Below, piece after piece: positions 18,528 to 29,130 of a DNA stretch of 64,000 bases. Numbering within the stretch: the first letter of the stretch is position 1; the number at the start of each line of letters is the position of its first letter. Source of the DNA: a virus (taxonomy: Duplodnaviria > Caudoviricetes); the IMG/VR virus record IMGVR_UViG_3300028888_000115, positions 11,458-75,457 of that record; one strand, written 5' to 3'. The position numbers were made by a program, and so were the translations under genes. The notes under the pieces are model-generated. The model had not been told where the DNA came from, made no database searches, and worked only from the letters and a program-made list of their open reading frames with translations.

Positions 18528-20450
18528 ATGGAGAACGGCAAGCGTATTGTTGACGTTATCGTGGACGGCGGCAAGGCAAAGCTTTTTCTCGTGGAAAACA
18601 CCTCATGGGGCAAGCCGGTCTTTACTGTATATCTCCTGAGGAAAGGAAAGAGCGCATGGGGTAATGCATCGTATATCGACGGCGAACGCCTGTTCGATGC
18701 GAAAACCATTGCAGAGGCCAAGAGAAAGATAGCCAAATACATCGCAAACAACCCGGGACTGCTGGAAGAGGACGAACAGGAGACGGCAAACGTCGCCTAT
18801 CTGCCTGCGGGAGACGGAAAAGACTTCTATCCGACGCCGGATAATCTGGCTGGAAAACTGATTGCCGGTGTAGACTGGAAGGGCGTAAAGGAAATTCTTG
18901 AGCCGTCTGCCGGTAAAGGGGATCTGGTGGAAGCGGTACAGAAGATGACAGAGCAGTACAAGTACTGTGAGACCGTGCGCGGCGCTTCCAAAGGTGGAAA
19001 GAAGGAATTCGACGTTGTCGAACTGGACTATAACCTGCGTCTGATCCTCAGAGGAAAGGGAATGCGTCTGGTCGGAGACGACTTTCTCGAATTCCGGACC
19101 AACAAACGCTATGACCTGATTATCATGAACCCGCCGTTTTCTGAGGGGGCAAAACATCTGCTGCATGCGATTGAGCTCCAGAAGGAAGGCGGGCAGATTG
19201 CGTGCCTGCTGAATGCGGAGACGATCCGGAACCCGTATACCAATGAACGAAAGCTTCTGAAGAGCCTGCTGGCGAAATATGAGGCACGGATTGAATTTGT
19301 GCAGAACGCATTTGCAGACGCGCAGCGGAAAACCGGCGTGGAGGTGGCGGTGATCCACCTGAATATTCCGAAGACAGCAAGGGCGGAGTCCAATATCTTT
19401 GAAGGAGCGCGGAAAGCGGAGGAGCAGGATTTTGAGAACATCCGGAAGGATGACGGGCAGATGGTCATTGCGGACGATATTCTGAGCCTGATCGAGTACT
19501 TCAACGTAGAAGCCAGAGCCGGAATTGAGTTCATGAAGACCTACGACGCCCTGATGCCGCATATCATGGCTGGCGAAGACGGATACGGGGCCTTGATCGA
19601 GCTTGTGGTCGGCAAGAGCACGTTCCGGGGAATGACCAACGAGATTGTCAACAACTATCTCCGCAGCCTGCGCCTGAAATACTGGAATCTGCTTCTGGAC
19701 AGGCCGCAGCTTCGTGAAAAGATGACATCACAGATGCAGGCTGACTACCACTCGAAGGTGACTGAGATGGAGGAGTATGACTTCAATAAGCACAATGTCA
19801 TGCAGGTTTTCTACGACATCCAGATTCAACTGCAGCAGGGGATCGAAGACTCCATCATGAAGCTTTTCTCCAAACTCAGCGAAGAGCACTCATGGAGCCG
19901 GGAAGTGCAGAACGACAACATCCATTACTTCAACGGATGGGCCACAAACAAGGCGTGGAAGGTTGGCATGAAGGTGATTCTCCCGATCAACGGCTTCCGG
20001 TCCTTCGGATGGTCCGCCGAAAAGCTGGATGAGTACGATATCGTGAAGACGATCTCCGATATGGAGAGAAGCCTGACTTACCTTGACAAGGGCGAAATCG
20101 GGTGGCAGAGAGACCCGTATAACGTGATTCACATGGCAAACGAACTCGGAAACCAGAGAGCGGAACTGGACTTCACATACTTCACTGTCAAGTTCTACAA
20201 GAAGGGGACCTGCCATATCAAGTTCCGGAAAGAGGCAGAGCCGATTGTTGACCGGCTGAACATCTATGCCGCGAGGCAGCGGAACTGGCTTCCTCCGTCC
20301 TATGGAAGAAAGAAGTACAGAGACATGGACGAAAAGGAACGCGCTGTCATCGACGACTTCCAGGGCGAGGCAGAATATGAGAAGGTCATGGCGAACCCGG
20401 GCATGTATGTGATCGAGGCGGCGCAGATGACGCCGCTGCTGGCGGGGTGA
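18528..20450 (+). CDS. class I SAM-dependent methyltransferase with DUF4942-like C-terminus
   Basis: DFYPTP, ILEPSAGKG, IIMNPPF, KFYKKGTCHIKF. Confidence 0.8.
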   Translation: MENGKRIVDVIVDGGKAKLFLVENTSWGKPVFTVYLLRKGKSAWGNASYIDGERLFDAKTIAEAKRKIAKYIANNPGLLEEDEQETANVAYLPAGDGKDFYPTPDNLAGKLIAGVDWKGVKEILEPSAGKGDLVEAVQKMTEQYKYCETVRGASKGGKKEFDVVELDYNLRLILRGKGMRLVGDDFLEFRTNKRYDLIIMNPPFSEGAKHLLHAIELQKEGGQIACLLNAETIRNPYTNERKLLKSLLAKYEARIEFVQNAFADAQRKTGVEVAVIHLNIPKTARAESNIFEGARKAEEQDFENIRKDDGQMVIADDILSLIEYFNVEARAGIEFMKTYDALMPHIMAGEDGYGALIELVVGKSTFRGMTNEIVNNYLRSLRLKYWNLLLDRPQLREKMTSQMQADYHSKVTEMEEYDFNKHNVMQVFYDIQIQLQQGIEDSIMKLFSKLSEEHSWSREVQNDNIHYFNGWATNKAWKVGMKVILPINGFRSFGWSAEKLDEYDIVKTISDMERSLTYLDKGEIGWQRDPYNVIHMANELGNQRAELDFTYFTVKFYKKGTCHIKFRKEAEPIVDRLNIYAARQRNWLPPSYGRKKYRDMDEKERAVIDDFQGEAEYEKVMANPGMYVIEAAQMTPLLAG

Positions 20451-20454
20451 TGCG

Positions 20455-20688
20455 GTGAGCAAATATCAAGGCTGCGACGGATGCAATCTTATTCCATGTG
20501 GAAAGACAAAACTTGCAAAGAAATATTGCCCATACAGGCTGCACAGGATGCAGGCATATAGTCCAATGATGCCGAGGGCAGAAGATCCTGCAAAATGGGC
20601 AGACTGCGAAAGTGAGGAAAATGATGGACAAATTGATGCTTACGGCGGGTGCAGTGCTCACAACGATCGGAATCTACCTGATGTTTGA
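20455..20688 (+). CDS. small Cys-rich protein
   Basis: ORF. Confidence 0.55.
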   Translation: MSKYQGCDGCNLIPCGKTKLAKKYCPYRLHRMQAYSPMMPRAEDPAKWADCESEENDGQIDAYGGCSAHNDRNLPDV

Positions 20689-20766
20689 GGGTCACAAATC
20701 GGCTGGATGCGGATGCATGAGCGCCGGTCTCGTACTTCTTCATCAGAAATATCCGGAGGGCTTCTG

Positions 20767-20931
20767 ATGAAAACTCCACAGATCGTGTTAATAGCGCTGT
20801 ATTCCTTGAGCCTTGGAATTTCAATGGCCAAACATGGTAAACCGCGAGAACCGTATAATTTCTGGACCAGCTTTCTTGCGGTAATCATCGAGGTGGCGAT
20901 TCTATGGTGGGGAGGATTTTGGAGAACATGA
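20767..20931 (+). CDS. small membrane protein
   Basis: Two hydrophobic segments; GGAGG RBS. Confidence 0.6.
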   Translation: MKTPQIVLIALYSLSLGISMAKHGKPREPYNFWTSFLAVIIEVAILWWGGFWRT

Positions 20932-21611
20932 GAACTGGGTATATCAGCAAGGACGCGGCACTCAAAATCGCAATGATCGCCGTTGTGCCATATATTTTTT
21001 CCACGGAAAAATTCCAAGAATTTTGCACAGGGATCGAAAAGCTCGTTCGAGACTATCCGGAAGAGCCGGTGAACTGTAAGACGAGTAAAGAACTTCATGA
21101 CTTTGTTGCAAGTTTAAGAAGAGAGGCCAGCGACGACAAAGGACTGTACGGATGCTGCGCCGACATCATCGAAGCACTCTGCATAGAACTTGACCGGAAA
21201 AATGAGGTTATCGATTCTATGCGAAACTGGACGCCTGCTTCAGAGGGAAAGCCGCCACTCTATGAAGATGTCCTCGTGACCGATGGGGAAGACTATGCGG
21301 TCGGCTTCTGGAGAGATGATGCCAAAGCGTGGGATAGCTGCAATTTTGGGTGGCTGGAAAACAGGCAGGAACCTCCGTGCGGCATAAAAACAGTCACACA
21401 CTGGGTCAAACTTCCGGACCTTCCAAAGTTGGAAGCAAAAGGAACGGAACCGCGAAACTGCTATAACTGCGAATATGGCGATGATGGAGACAGCGAATTT
21501 GGGCTAAACATTGCCGGTCACTGCTGGAAACATAACGGCGAGGTTGATTTTGAACAGCCTCCAAAGATGAGCGGATGCGATGAGTGGAAGAAGAGGTCTC
21601 CCGATGATTGA
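20928..21611 (+). CDS. DUF551-domain protein
   Basis: WTPASEGKPP..DVLVTD...VTHWVKLPDLP. Confidence 0.7.
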   Translation: MRTGYISKDAALKIAMIAVVPYIFSTEKFQEFCTGIEKLVRDYPEEPVNCKTSKELHDFVASLRREASDDKGLYGCCADIIEALCIELDRKNEVIDSMRNWTPASEGKPPLYEDVLVTDGEDYAVGFWRDDAKAWDSCNFGWLENRQEPPCGIKTVTHWVKLPDLPKLEAKGTEPRNCYNCEYGDDGDSEFGLNIAGHCWKHNGEVDFEQPPKMSGCDEWKKRSPDD

Positions 21612-21987
21612 AGCATGTTCAGACTGCAAATTCGGACCTAAATCCAATAAATGGCCTTGTATCGATTGTCTGGAACACGACCGCAGCGAACCGATTGTTC
21701 AGATTAAGAAAACGAACACCTACATCGAACATGAGATTGTTGTAGACGGAAAGGTAATCGGAACCGCAGAGATCGAACCGAATGAAAAAGAACTGTCCAG
21801 ACTGACCATTTTTGAGCCGTATCAGAATCATGGATATGGGACGCGGGTGATCAAGAGTCTGATTGCCCGATACGGGATTCAGACACTTTGGGTGAGGTCA
21901 GACAACGAGCGAGCAATCCACGTTTATGAAAAATGCGGATTCGTGAGATCCAAAGAAACAATGTTTCAAATGACAATTAAGGAGTAA
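21604..21987 (+). CDS. GNAT family acetyltransferase
   Basis: PYQNHGYGT, NERAIHVYEKCGF. Confidence 0.85.
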   Translation: MIEACSDCKFGPKSNKWPCIDCLEHDRSEPIVQIKKTNTYIEHEIVVDGKVIGTAEIEPNEKELSRLTIFEPYQNHGYGTRVIKSLIARYGIQTLWVRSDNERAIHVYEKCGFVRSKETMFQMTIKE

Positions 21988-22175
21988 AAACATGGTTTAT
22001 TTATTCGTTCTTGCAATTTTCGTGACCGTTTGGTTTGGGTCTATCAACTTTACAAAGCTTGTCGGTAGAGAACCGATCCCGGCAATGAACTTCGTCATCA
22101 TGGCTGCGGCGATCACGGCTGTCATCACTCGGCTTATAGGCCTGTGGTAATCGTGTCAATTGGAGGAGAATAAAA

Positions 22176-22784
22176 ATGGCAACAGGATATACATGCTTCA
22201 TCGAGGACGGAAAGATCACAACGGCAAAGGGTTTTCTTTTGCTGTGTGCCAGAGCATTCGGCGCGTGCATTGAAATGAGGGATGAGCCACTGTCGGAACC
22301 TATCCCGGAGAAGTTCAATGGGGATGACACTTACCGGCTCTGGCTTGAAGATGCCAAAACGAAGCTCTCGAAGCTGAAAGCCCTGTCGCAGGACGAGGTG
22401 CATGCAGCTAATGAGGCTGAGTACCGAAAGCACGTAGACAGATGGAAAGCGGGACTGAAAGAAAGAGAAGAAAAACGTCAGGCCTATTTATCTGTGCTGG
22501 ATGGCGTTCAAAAGTGGACTCCGCCCACACAGGACCATGAAGGAGTGAAGATTTTCGCTCTTGATCAGATAAATATGTGTCTGAAAGACCTGCAACAGAT
22601 GGATAAGTTCACGGAAGAACCCGTCAAAGAGTCGGACGAAGAATGGCTGAGCACTCATATCAAGTACTGCGAATATGATATAAGACGCTATGAACAGCAA
22701 GTCGAAGAAGAGGAGCAGCGAACGGCTTCACGAAATCTGTGGCTCAGAGAACTGAGAGAAAGTCTGGACCGATTGGAGGAATGA
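22176..22784 (+). CDS. hypothetical phage protein
   Basis: GGAGG RBS; MATGYTCFIEDG. Confidence 0.8.
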   Translation: MATGYTCFIEDGKITTAKGFLLLCARAFGACIEMRDEPLSEPIPEKFNGDDTYRLWLEDAKTKLSKLKALSQDEVHAANEAEYRKHVDRWKAGLKEREEKRQAYLSVLDGVQKWTPPTQDHEGVKIFALDQINMCLKDLQQMDKFTEEPVKESDEEWLSTHIKYCEYDIRRYEQQVEEEEQRTASRNLWLRELRESLDRLEE

Positions 22785-22790
22785 GAACAG

Positions 22791-23462
22791 ATGGTAAGCG
22801 TTACACCGGTGAACGATCTGTCCGCAAGGTCCTGTAATTGCTGCACCGAGAAGGCGGATATCGAGATCCATTTTGCCAACTGGAACAACACAAGGGACTC
22901 GGTCATAGTCTTGTGCAATCGGTGTGCAAGCGATCTGAAGAGGAGACTGCGAGATGACACACTTGAACCGTGCAACATCGTTTGTCCGAACTGCGGCAAT
23001 GGAAACTATATGCGACATCTCGTTGGCAACGATGTTGGAAGGCTGGATTTGAAGTGCATAAACTGCAATTCATATTTCAACTTCTGGGAAATTCATGATC
23101 TTCAAAAAATGCGAGCCAGTGCCGCCGAAGGAGGAAACGTGACGGGCTTGAAATCACTCTGGCCGGAGCAGAGGATCATTGCGGTCTATGTGAAAACCCT
23201 TCCGGAATGCTGTACAGCCTGCAATTATCAGTATGTCACGGACGGCGACGATGGAGATTTGGTCTTCGGTTGCGACTTCCTGGGACCATCGTCAGAAACA
23301 AAGTTCCCGGATGATTTCGGGAGACGCCCTTGCTGCCCAATGAAAAAGGCAACGAAACGGATAAAAAAGACGGCGATCCGGTGCCGAGGGAGGAAACATA
23401 ATGTTTGGACACGATCCAATAACAGAGGCATATCTATTAAGGGAAGATCCATATTGGTATGA
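22791..23462 (+). CDS. Cys-rich hypothetical protein
   Basis: Several CxxC motifs. Confidence 0.6.
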   Translation: MVSVTPVNDLSARSCNCCTEKADIEIHFANWNNTRDSVIVLCNRCASDLKRRLRDDTLEPCNIVCPNCGNGNYMRHLVGNDVGRLDLKCINCNSYFNFWEIHDLQKMRASAAEGGNVTGLKSLWPEQRIIAVYVKTLPECCTACNYQYVTDGDDGDLVFGCDFLGPSSETKFPDDFGRRPCCPMKKATKRIKKTAIRCRGRKHNVWTRSNNRGISIKGRSILV

Positions 23463-23528
23463 CAAGTGGGAAGAACTGAGAGTTAAATATGAGCGAAGTG
23501 TGGGAAACAGCAAGCAGCCGAAGGAGAA

Positions 23529-23768
23529 ATGAGTATTTTAATAGAAGGCCTTACACTGCCAAAAAATGATGACGGAACATATTTTATTCCGTCATACGAA
23601 GTCAGAGGCGTTGAAATTGGTGCAGTTGTTATGACGCTGATGATTGACCAAAAAACGCAAAAACTGCGCGTGCAACTTTGGGGTAGCGATAATCCTTACG
23701 GTCTCGTTGATTCGTATCCGTGTTCAGAATTGCAGACTATCATCCCGGCAAGTGGAACGGAGGAATGA
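23529..23768 (+). CDS. hypothetical protein (paralog set 1/3)
   Basis: MSILIEGLTLPK...TIIPAS. Confidence 0.65.
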   Translation: MSILIEGLTLPKNDDGTYFIPSYEVRGVEIGAVVMTLMIDQKTQKLRVQLWGSDNPYGLVDSYPCSELQTIIPASGTEE

Positions 23769-24049
23769 GTGTGAATATCTATATTCCCAACATTAAACTA
23801 CCGAAAGATGAACCGGGTGCTTTTCAAGTCATTGTCCTGTATGTCGGGGCTGACGGGAAACTCAGAGCAGAATGTAATGGAACACATGAAGTTACTGTTG
23901 TCCCGCCTCATGGGCGGCTTGGCGATCTGGATGCACCGATTTCATTAATTGACACACGCGGCGAAAAAGTTGAAGTAACGGTTGCACACATCATAGAAAA
24001 GAATCGGGGAATCGTTAAAGCCGTCGTCCCCGCAAGTGAGGAGGAATGA
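23765..24049 (+). CDS. hypothetical protein (paralog set 2/3)
   Basis: IYIPNIKLPK...VPPHGRL. Confidence 0.7.
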   Translation: MSVNIYIPNIKLPKDEPGAFQVIVLYVGADGKLRAECNGTHEVTVVPPHGRLGDLDAPISLIDTRGEKVEVTVAHIIEKNRGIVKAVVPASEEE

Positions 24050-24366
24050 ACATGGGAATTTATCTACCTAACATGGAGATGCCGAAGGAAACAACCTTGA
24101 TTTCTATTGGACCTGGCGGGACAGTTGAGATTCACAGAAATGATGATCTCACATGGGTGCCTCTGAAAGAAAAAGCCGTCCCCGTCCCACCGCATGGGCG
24201 GATGATCGACGAAAGTGAGTTCTTCGCACGCCTTGACGATGGAATAAAAACAATTTCGTCGCTTGCGCTTCCGGAAGATTTTGTAGCGGTGTATACGCAA
24301 CTGGTGAAAGAGGTCAAAGAGGAAATCGGGAAGTGCCGAACAATTATACCGGCAGAGGAGGGCTGA
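24046..24366 (+). CDS. hypothetical protein (paralog set 3/3)
   Basis: IYLPNMEMPK...VPPHGRM. Confidence 0.7.
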   Translation: MNMGIYLPNMEMPKETTLISIGPGGTVEIHRNDDLTWVPLKEKAVPVPPHGRMIDESEFFARLDDGIKTISSLALPEDFVAVYTQLVKEVKEEIGKCRTIIPAEEG

Positions 24367-24616
24367 AATGTTTCATTACTACGAAGTTATTGAATTTTAC
24401 CCTTATCCTACGGCTTGCGGCTATCGCTGTTGGGATGGGAAAGAGTGGCGCGATTGCGACAAGCACGGGAGGCCGTATGAAAGAAAGTGAAAAATGGCTT
24501 GCATTGTGTGACCCGCATTGCCCGTTTAGGAGACATTTCCCGAGCTGCGTATGCTGTGATATAGCGTTGGAATACAGGCGGTGCAAATCCGAAGAACAGG
24601 AAGAGGAGGGCGAGTG

Positions 24617-25204
24617 ATGGGCTACAGACACTACCTGTACGCAGTAGACAAAGAATTGGTCGGTAAGATCAGAAAGTGCAAAACGAAAGAAGAGCTTGTC
24701 ACGCTTATGAAGACCGAGGCTCCGGACAGCGTGTCAGACGGAAGCGAAGATGAAGACAGCTATGTCCGGCTGTACGATATCGGGAAAAAGCTCTTCGAGT
24801 TTGGGAAGTACTATCCGAATGCCGATAATATGTACGAACATGGTGACAGCCTGTTCACTTCCGATGAGCTCAACAAAAAGTATGCGGACTATGGCGCGAT
24901 TATCATAGACCCCGATGGCCTGAAATGCGCAATAGACTGGTGCCGACAGTATGTTGTGGAGATCTATGAAGACCTGCTGAGAGAAAAATCCGTTGATCCT
25001 TTCGATGACCGAAGTCAGGAACTACGGATGCGGGACCATGCGGAGAGCTACCTGAGATGGTGGAAGTACGATCCGGCCAATATGGACATGTCCAGTGAGA
25101 ACATCGTCAGTTCATGGCTGTATGAGCACGAATACTTTGAACTTGTCCGGATCTATAAAACCTTCGACTGGGGCAAGAGTCAAATTATGTTTATGGGGTG
25201 GTGA
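24617..25204 (+). CDS. hypothetical protein
   Basis: GGAGG RBS. Confidence 0.75.
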   Translation: MGYRHYLYAVDKELVGKIRKCKTKEELVTLMKTEAPDSVSDGSEDEDSYVRLYDIGKKLFEFGKYYPNADNMYEHGDSLFTSDELNKKYADYGAIIIDPDGLKCAIDWCRQYVVEIYEDLLREKSVDPFDDRSQELRMRDHAESYLRWWKYDPANMDMSSENIVSSWLYEHEYFELVRIYKTFDWGKSQIMFMGW

Positions 25205-25363
25205 TCGTTTGGTAGAACATGTCAGCTTGTTCAAGAGAATAAAGTGCCTTCTCGGATTCCATGAACCCATGAAGTTCACGACGGTAATACCGTACAGGAA
25301 GGAATTCAAGGAATTCCAGAAGTGCAGAAATTGCGGAAGACGGTTGGAACCGAAGGAGAAAAC

Positions 25364-25531
25364 ATGAATATCCGAGACTGCGCCGGGTGCAAATTCTTTG
25401 TGAAGCACCACGGCAACAAAGACAAGCTTGGTGCACGGACGGTAAGCAATTATTGGTGCGCCAAGAAGAATGGCTTCATCCGTTCGTTTCCAAAGAAATG
25501 TCTGTTCAAGCCAAAGGAGGATCAAGCATGA
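25364..25531 (+). CDS. small Cys-rich protein
   Basis: AAGGAG RBS. Confidence 0.55.
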   Translation: MNIRDCAGCKFFVKHHGNKDKLGARTVSNYWCAKKNGFIRSFPKKCLFKPKEDQA

Positions 25532-25695
25532 GCGACTATGCGGTATCGAAGCTGATCACGGCTATGGGAATGTTTGTTCACGACCTGTGGGCGATACGCG
25601 GAGACACGGAAGGACCATACGACGAGACTGCCTACTATGATTTAGCGGCAGATATCACAAGAGGGTGCGATTTGCCACGGAGGGAAGAAACATGA
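25528..25695 (+). CDS. hypothetical protein
   Basis: GGAGG RBS, ATGA overlap. Confidence 0.55.
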   Translation: MSDYAVSKLITAMGMFVHDLWAIRGDTEGPYDETAYYDLAADITRGCDLPRREET

Positions 25696-26024
25696 ACGAA
25701 CTGGACGACCTGATCCGGCAGAAGAAGGAACTGGAGCAGAGGATCAAAGAACTGAAAAACAACGCGTCTGTCTGCGGACAAGTGAAGATTGACATGGAAC
25801 ACTATCCGACAGCAAAGCCGGACCGGTATTATCTGGCAGTATACTACAAGCCGCTTGGAGACGGCAGGCCGAAGTGGCAGACCGTTTTTTCGGCAAATGA
25901 CAGGCAGAAGGTAGTAGAGGTGATTCCTTCCATCATAGCGAATCTCCAAGATCTGTATGACCGCAATAAGGGAGAGCCAAAGACAAAGGAAAACCCGTTC
26001 GGAACCGTCAAATGGAACCCATGA
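25692..26024 (+). CDS. hypothetical protein
   Basis: ATGA overlap. Confidence 0.65.
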   Translation: MNELDDLIRQKKELEQRIKELKNNASVCGQVKIDMEHYPTAKPDRYYLAVYYKPLGDGRPKWQTVFSANDRQKVVEVIPSIIANLQDLYDRNKGEPKTKENPFGTVKWNP

Positions 26025-26036
26025 AGGAGAAGCGCT

Positions 26037-26453
26037 ATGAGCATCAGCAAGAAAACCAGAGAACAGGTTTATAAAAAATACAACGGGCGCTGCGCCTACT
26101 GCGGAAGGGAGATTGCCTACAAGGACATGCAGGTAGATCACTTCATTCCAAAAGACATGGAGTTCGTCTTCACGTCCGGAAACGTCCCGGGAATGGACAG
26201 CGTCGATGACATCGGAAATCTGATGCCGTCCTGCCGGAGCTGCAATCACTACAAGAGGGCAAACAGTCTGGAGATGTTTCGCCGGTGGATTGCGGAGATC
26301 CCGAGAAAGCTCAGAAACGACTACATCTACAAAATCGGTGTCATCTATGGCAATATCATCGAAAATGAAAAGCCGATCAGATTTTACTTCGAGATGGAGG
26401 CGGAAAGAAAAGCCAAAGAGGAGGACAGCAATGAGCAAGCAAACGATCTGTGA
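26037..26453 (+). CDS. HNH endonuclease
   Basis: CAYCG...VDHFIP...NLMPSCRSCNHYK. Confidence 0.9.
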   Translation: MSISKKTREQVYKKYNGRCAYCGREIAYKDMQVDHFIPKDMEFVFTSGNVPGMDSVDDIGNLMPSCRSCNHYKRANSLEMFRRWIAEIPRKLRNDYIYKIGVIYGNIIENEKPIRFYFEMEAERKAKEEDSNEQANDL

Positions 26454-26646
26454 CCTGTGCAAGAAGCCCATCACATTTGACCAAGTGGAAAAGGCCAGAC
26501 ATTTCAGAATCAAGGAAAGGCATTTTCCATTCTTCTCATTCGATGAATGGGCGGAAATAGACGCGCATGACGAATGTGTCAGAACGTTAATGGCTGCTTC
26601 GGTTGCTGGCGTTTACGACAGAGCTAAGGAAGGCAAGTCCGAATGA
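26431..26646 (+). CDS. small zinc-binding protein
   Basis: CDLC...HDEC. Confidence 0.6.
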   Translation: MSKQTICDLCKKPITFDQVEKARHFRIKERHFPFFSFDEWAEIDAHDECVRTLMAASVAGVYDRAKEGKSE

Positions 26647-26912
26647 AACTGATGGAGATTCTTGGCGATACTCCGGTGCCGGTTATCACGGAACGCACAT
26701 TCTATCCGGAGAGGATGAACCCGGAACTGGATGAAGAAGAGATCCGGAACGGCATGCTTTTCGGATATTGCGCGTGGGACGGAAAAAACCTGAGGCCTCT
26801 GGATGGAGACAACTATAGTCTTGATCGCGAAGTCGAACGGTTTGAGTGGGATCAGGAAGGAAACTTGACGTATTGGACGAGATACGAATGGGAAGGAGGA
26901 TCAGACACTTGA
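26643..26912 (+). CDS. hypothetical protein
   Basis: ATGA overlap. Confidence 0.7.
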   Translation: MKLMEILGDTPVPVITERTFYPERMNPELDEEEIRNGMLFGYCAWDGKNLRPLDGDNYSLDREVERFEWDQEGNLTYWTRYEWEGGSDT

Positions 26913-27121
26913 TTGAGTGCGGATTGATGAAGACAGCATACTTTCTTGACAGTGACCTAAACATCTATACAACTCCGGTGACAAACAGACGCGAGGCAAT
27001 CCAGATAGCCGAGCAGCACGGCCAAGAATTCATCGGATTTCTCACACCGAACGAGGCCGCAAGCATCGTGGAAGAACGGTCCGGAAAAGATTCTACACAC
27101 CGATAAAAATGCACAAGAATA

Positions 27122-27190
27122 TACACTAAAAATTGTACAGATTGTCAATTGCAAACAGCGGCCTGATATGGTAAAATTATCATGCTGGCG
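27122..27190 (+). promoter_or_regulatory. early promoter P4 with operator
   Basis: TACACTAAAATTGTACA 27122-27138; TTGCAA 27148-27153, 17 bp, TAAAAT; ATGCTGG. Confidence 0.75.
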
Positions 27191-27256
27191 GGTGGCTTTT
27201 CTTTTTGACCGTCGAGTGCTGAAAAGCATTTGACGGATGCTTGAAAGGAGCTTCAT

Positions 27257-27595
27257 GTGATTGACTTTCGCGAGTACAAGGATGCGGTTCGCGCTGCGGT
27301 AAAGGCGGCAGACGAACAGGACAAGAACTGGAAGTGGAAGGTTGCGGCAATCAACAAGGACGAGGTCACAATCGGCTGGGGGTATCTGGACTATCTCGGC
27401 GAAACCAGAAAGTTCACACTGAAAGCGATTGAGCGGCAGGAGTCGCTGGAGATTGTCGGGGAGGACCCGAACGGTCTGTTTCGTGCGTATTCGTTCGTCG
27501 GAGATGACGAACTGTTCTGCGACGTGAAGACGATTGAAGAGGGAATTGCGAACGCGGTAAAGAATCTGGCTCGTGAGGCCAGAAACCGGTACTGA
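27257..27595 (+). CDS. hypothetical early protein
   Basis: AAGGAG RBS, GTG start. Confidence 0.75.
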   Translation: MIDFREYKDAVRAAVKAADEQDKNWKWKVAAINKDEVTIGWGYLDYLGETRKFTLKAIERQESLEIVGEDPNGLFRAYSFVGDDELFCDVKTIEEGIANAVKNLAREARNRY

Positions 27596-27607
27596 GGAGG
27601 TGCTTTG

Positions 27608-27847
27608 ATGAAGGAATTCTTCGTGAAGGGTACGGTCGCTTGGACAGTCAGCTATGTGGCAGATGGCGAGAAAAGGTCGAAGGAAAGCAAAGCTGAGTTC
27701 GATCGGTTTGTGAAGGCCAAGAGCGCCGAGACCGCCAAAAAGGATGTCACAGACCGAGTGATTGAACAGAGAAGCCGCCGAAGCGCGTTCGGGACAAAGA
27801 GCAATGTCAGGATCACAGAGATCGCCGTGTATGAGAGGGTGGCTTGA
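27608..27847 (+). CDS. hypothetical protein
   Basis: GGAGGT RBS. Confidence 0.7.
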   Translation: MKEFFVKGTVAWTVSYVADGEKRSKESKAEFDRFVKAKSAETAKKDVTDRVIEQRSRRSAFGTKSNVRITEIAVYERVA

Positions 27848-28845
27848 TGCAAAACAAGATCCAGGACATCGTCCGATTCGCTACGGACTGCAAAACGGAC
27901 GCGATGAGATGGAACCTGCCGGACGAATTGCAGGACGAATATCCGTGGCCGTTTATTGAAAAAGTGACGACATGGATTGAGAAGTACGTGAGCGCGTCTG
28001 GCGGAGAAAAGGCCGACCAGACTGAGGTTGGAAATCATGTGCAGTCCATGTACATCGCGTATCACTGGTGCAAGTTCAAGAAGATCTATTCGATGAACAG
28101 CACATTTGCCCGGTATCTGGCCGAAACAGAAGATGCACCAATCTCCGTGAGCATTATCAGGAGGTTGCCTTTCAGGAGCTTTGCTCTGACGTTTGACGAT
28201 GACAAGAAAATAATCGATCTGTTCCCGCAGGTTTTCAGCAGCGTGGAATGCCTGCTGGTGACTGTCGGCATTGAGGCCGAAACAGATGTTTATATCAGCA
28301 TTGCGCTTGTTGGAACGTCTGCGAGAGGAAAGAGAATCGTTGCAACCGGGATCACATCCCTGAAGGATGGAGATTGCTACGAGACTGCGCTTCGTGACGG
28401 GGATAAGATTCTCTATACGGGGAGTCTGGAAGAAGCTCGGATGGAATGGAGGCCGGTGTACCGCCTCGCTCTGAATGCATGTCAGTACTTTTGTGCGTCC
28501 AATGCAGAAGTCCGAGATGTAAAGATCTCGAAAAACAAGAAGCCGAAAGTGATGGTCAACGGGAAAGAAAAGCCGGTTGCGGTCAGCATGTCAGAGGTTG
28601 GCTTCAGAATCGGGAAACGCTTCGAGGCGATGTATGCGCAGAGAGGAGAACCGGAGCAGCGCAGTGACGAGAGGTCATGGACACCAAAGCGCCCACACGT
28701 CAGGCGAGCGCACTGGCACCACTACTGGACGGGCCCGGGAAGAACGGTGCTGGAGCTGCGGTGGTTAGAGCCGGTATTTGTGATGGGCGATTCGGACAGG
28801 GTTGACGCCGTGGTCCACGAGGTCGGAAGAGAAAATGCGAGCTGA
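27847..28845 (+). CDS. AcrVA2-like protein (putative anti-defence)
   Basis: C-terminal RPHVRRAHWHHYWTG...LRWLEPVFV motif as in AcrVA2-family proteins; early operon. Confidence 0.55.
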   Translation: MQNKIQDIVRFATDCKTDAMRWNLPDELQDEYPWPFIEKVTTWIEKYVSASGGEKADQTEVGNHVQSMYIAYHWCKFKKIYSMNSTFARYLAETEDAPISVSIIRRLPFRSFALTFDDDKKIIDLFPQVFSSVECLLVTVGIEAETDVYISIALVGTSARGKRIVATGITSLKDGDCYETALRDGDKILYTGSLEEARMEWRPVYRLALNACQYFCASNAEVRDVKISKNKKPKVMVNGKEKPVAVSMSEVGFRIGKRFEAMYAQRGEPEQRSDERSWTPKRPHVRRAHWHHYWTGPGRTVLELRWLEPVFVMGDSDRVDAVVHEVGRENAS

Positions 28846-28856
28846 GAGGAAAACAG

Positions 28857-29099
28857 ATGGCAAGAAAACAACCGGAGACGATCAAGGAAAAATTCGCCTC
28901 CATGCGGATCGGACGGTATAAATCCGAGGTGAAGGTCTGGCAGTATTATTCGATCTTCAACTTCTGCCGGACTGCCGGAATCGACCGCGAAGAGTCGGAC
29001 CGCGTGGCAAAGTGGTGCAGAGATGCCGCAAGCGTCGGAAGTGAGTATATCACGCCGGAACTGTCCATTCGGATTGTAGAGAAAGAAATCATCATATGA
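28857..29099 (+). CDS. hypothetical protein
   Basis: GAGG RBS. Confidence 0.7.
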   Translation: MARKQPETIKEKFASMRIGRYKSEVKVWQYYSIFNFCRTAGIDREESDRVAKWCRDAASVGSEYITPELSIRIVEKEIII

Positions 29100-29130
29100 T
29101 TAAAGATATTTTTGATAAGGGGGTGATCAG

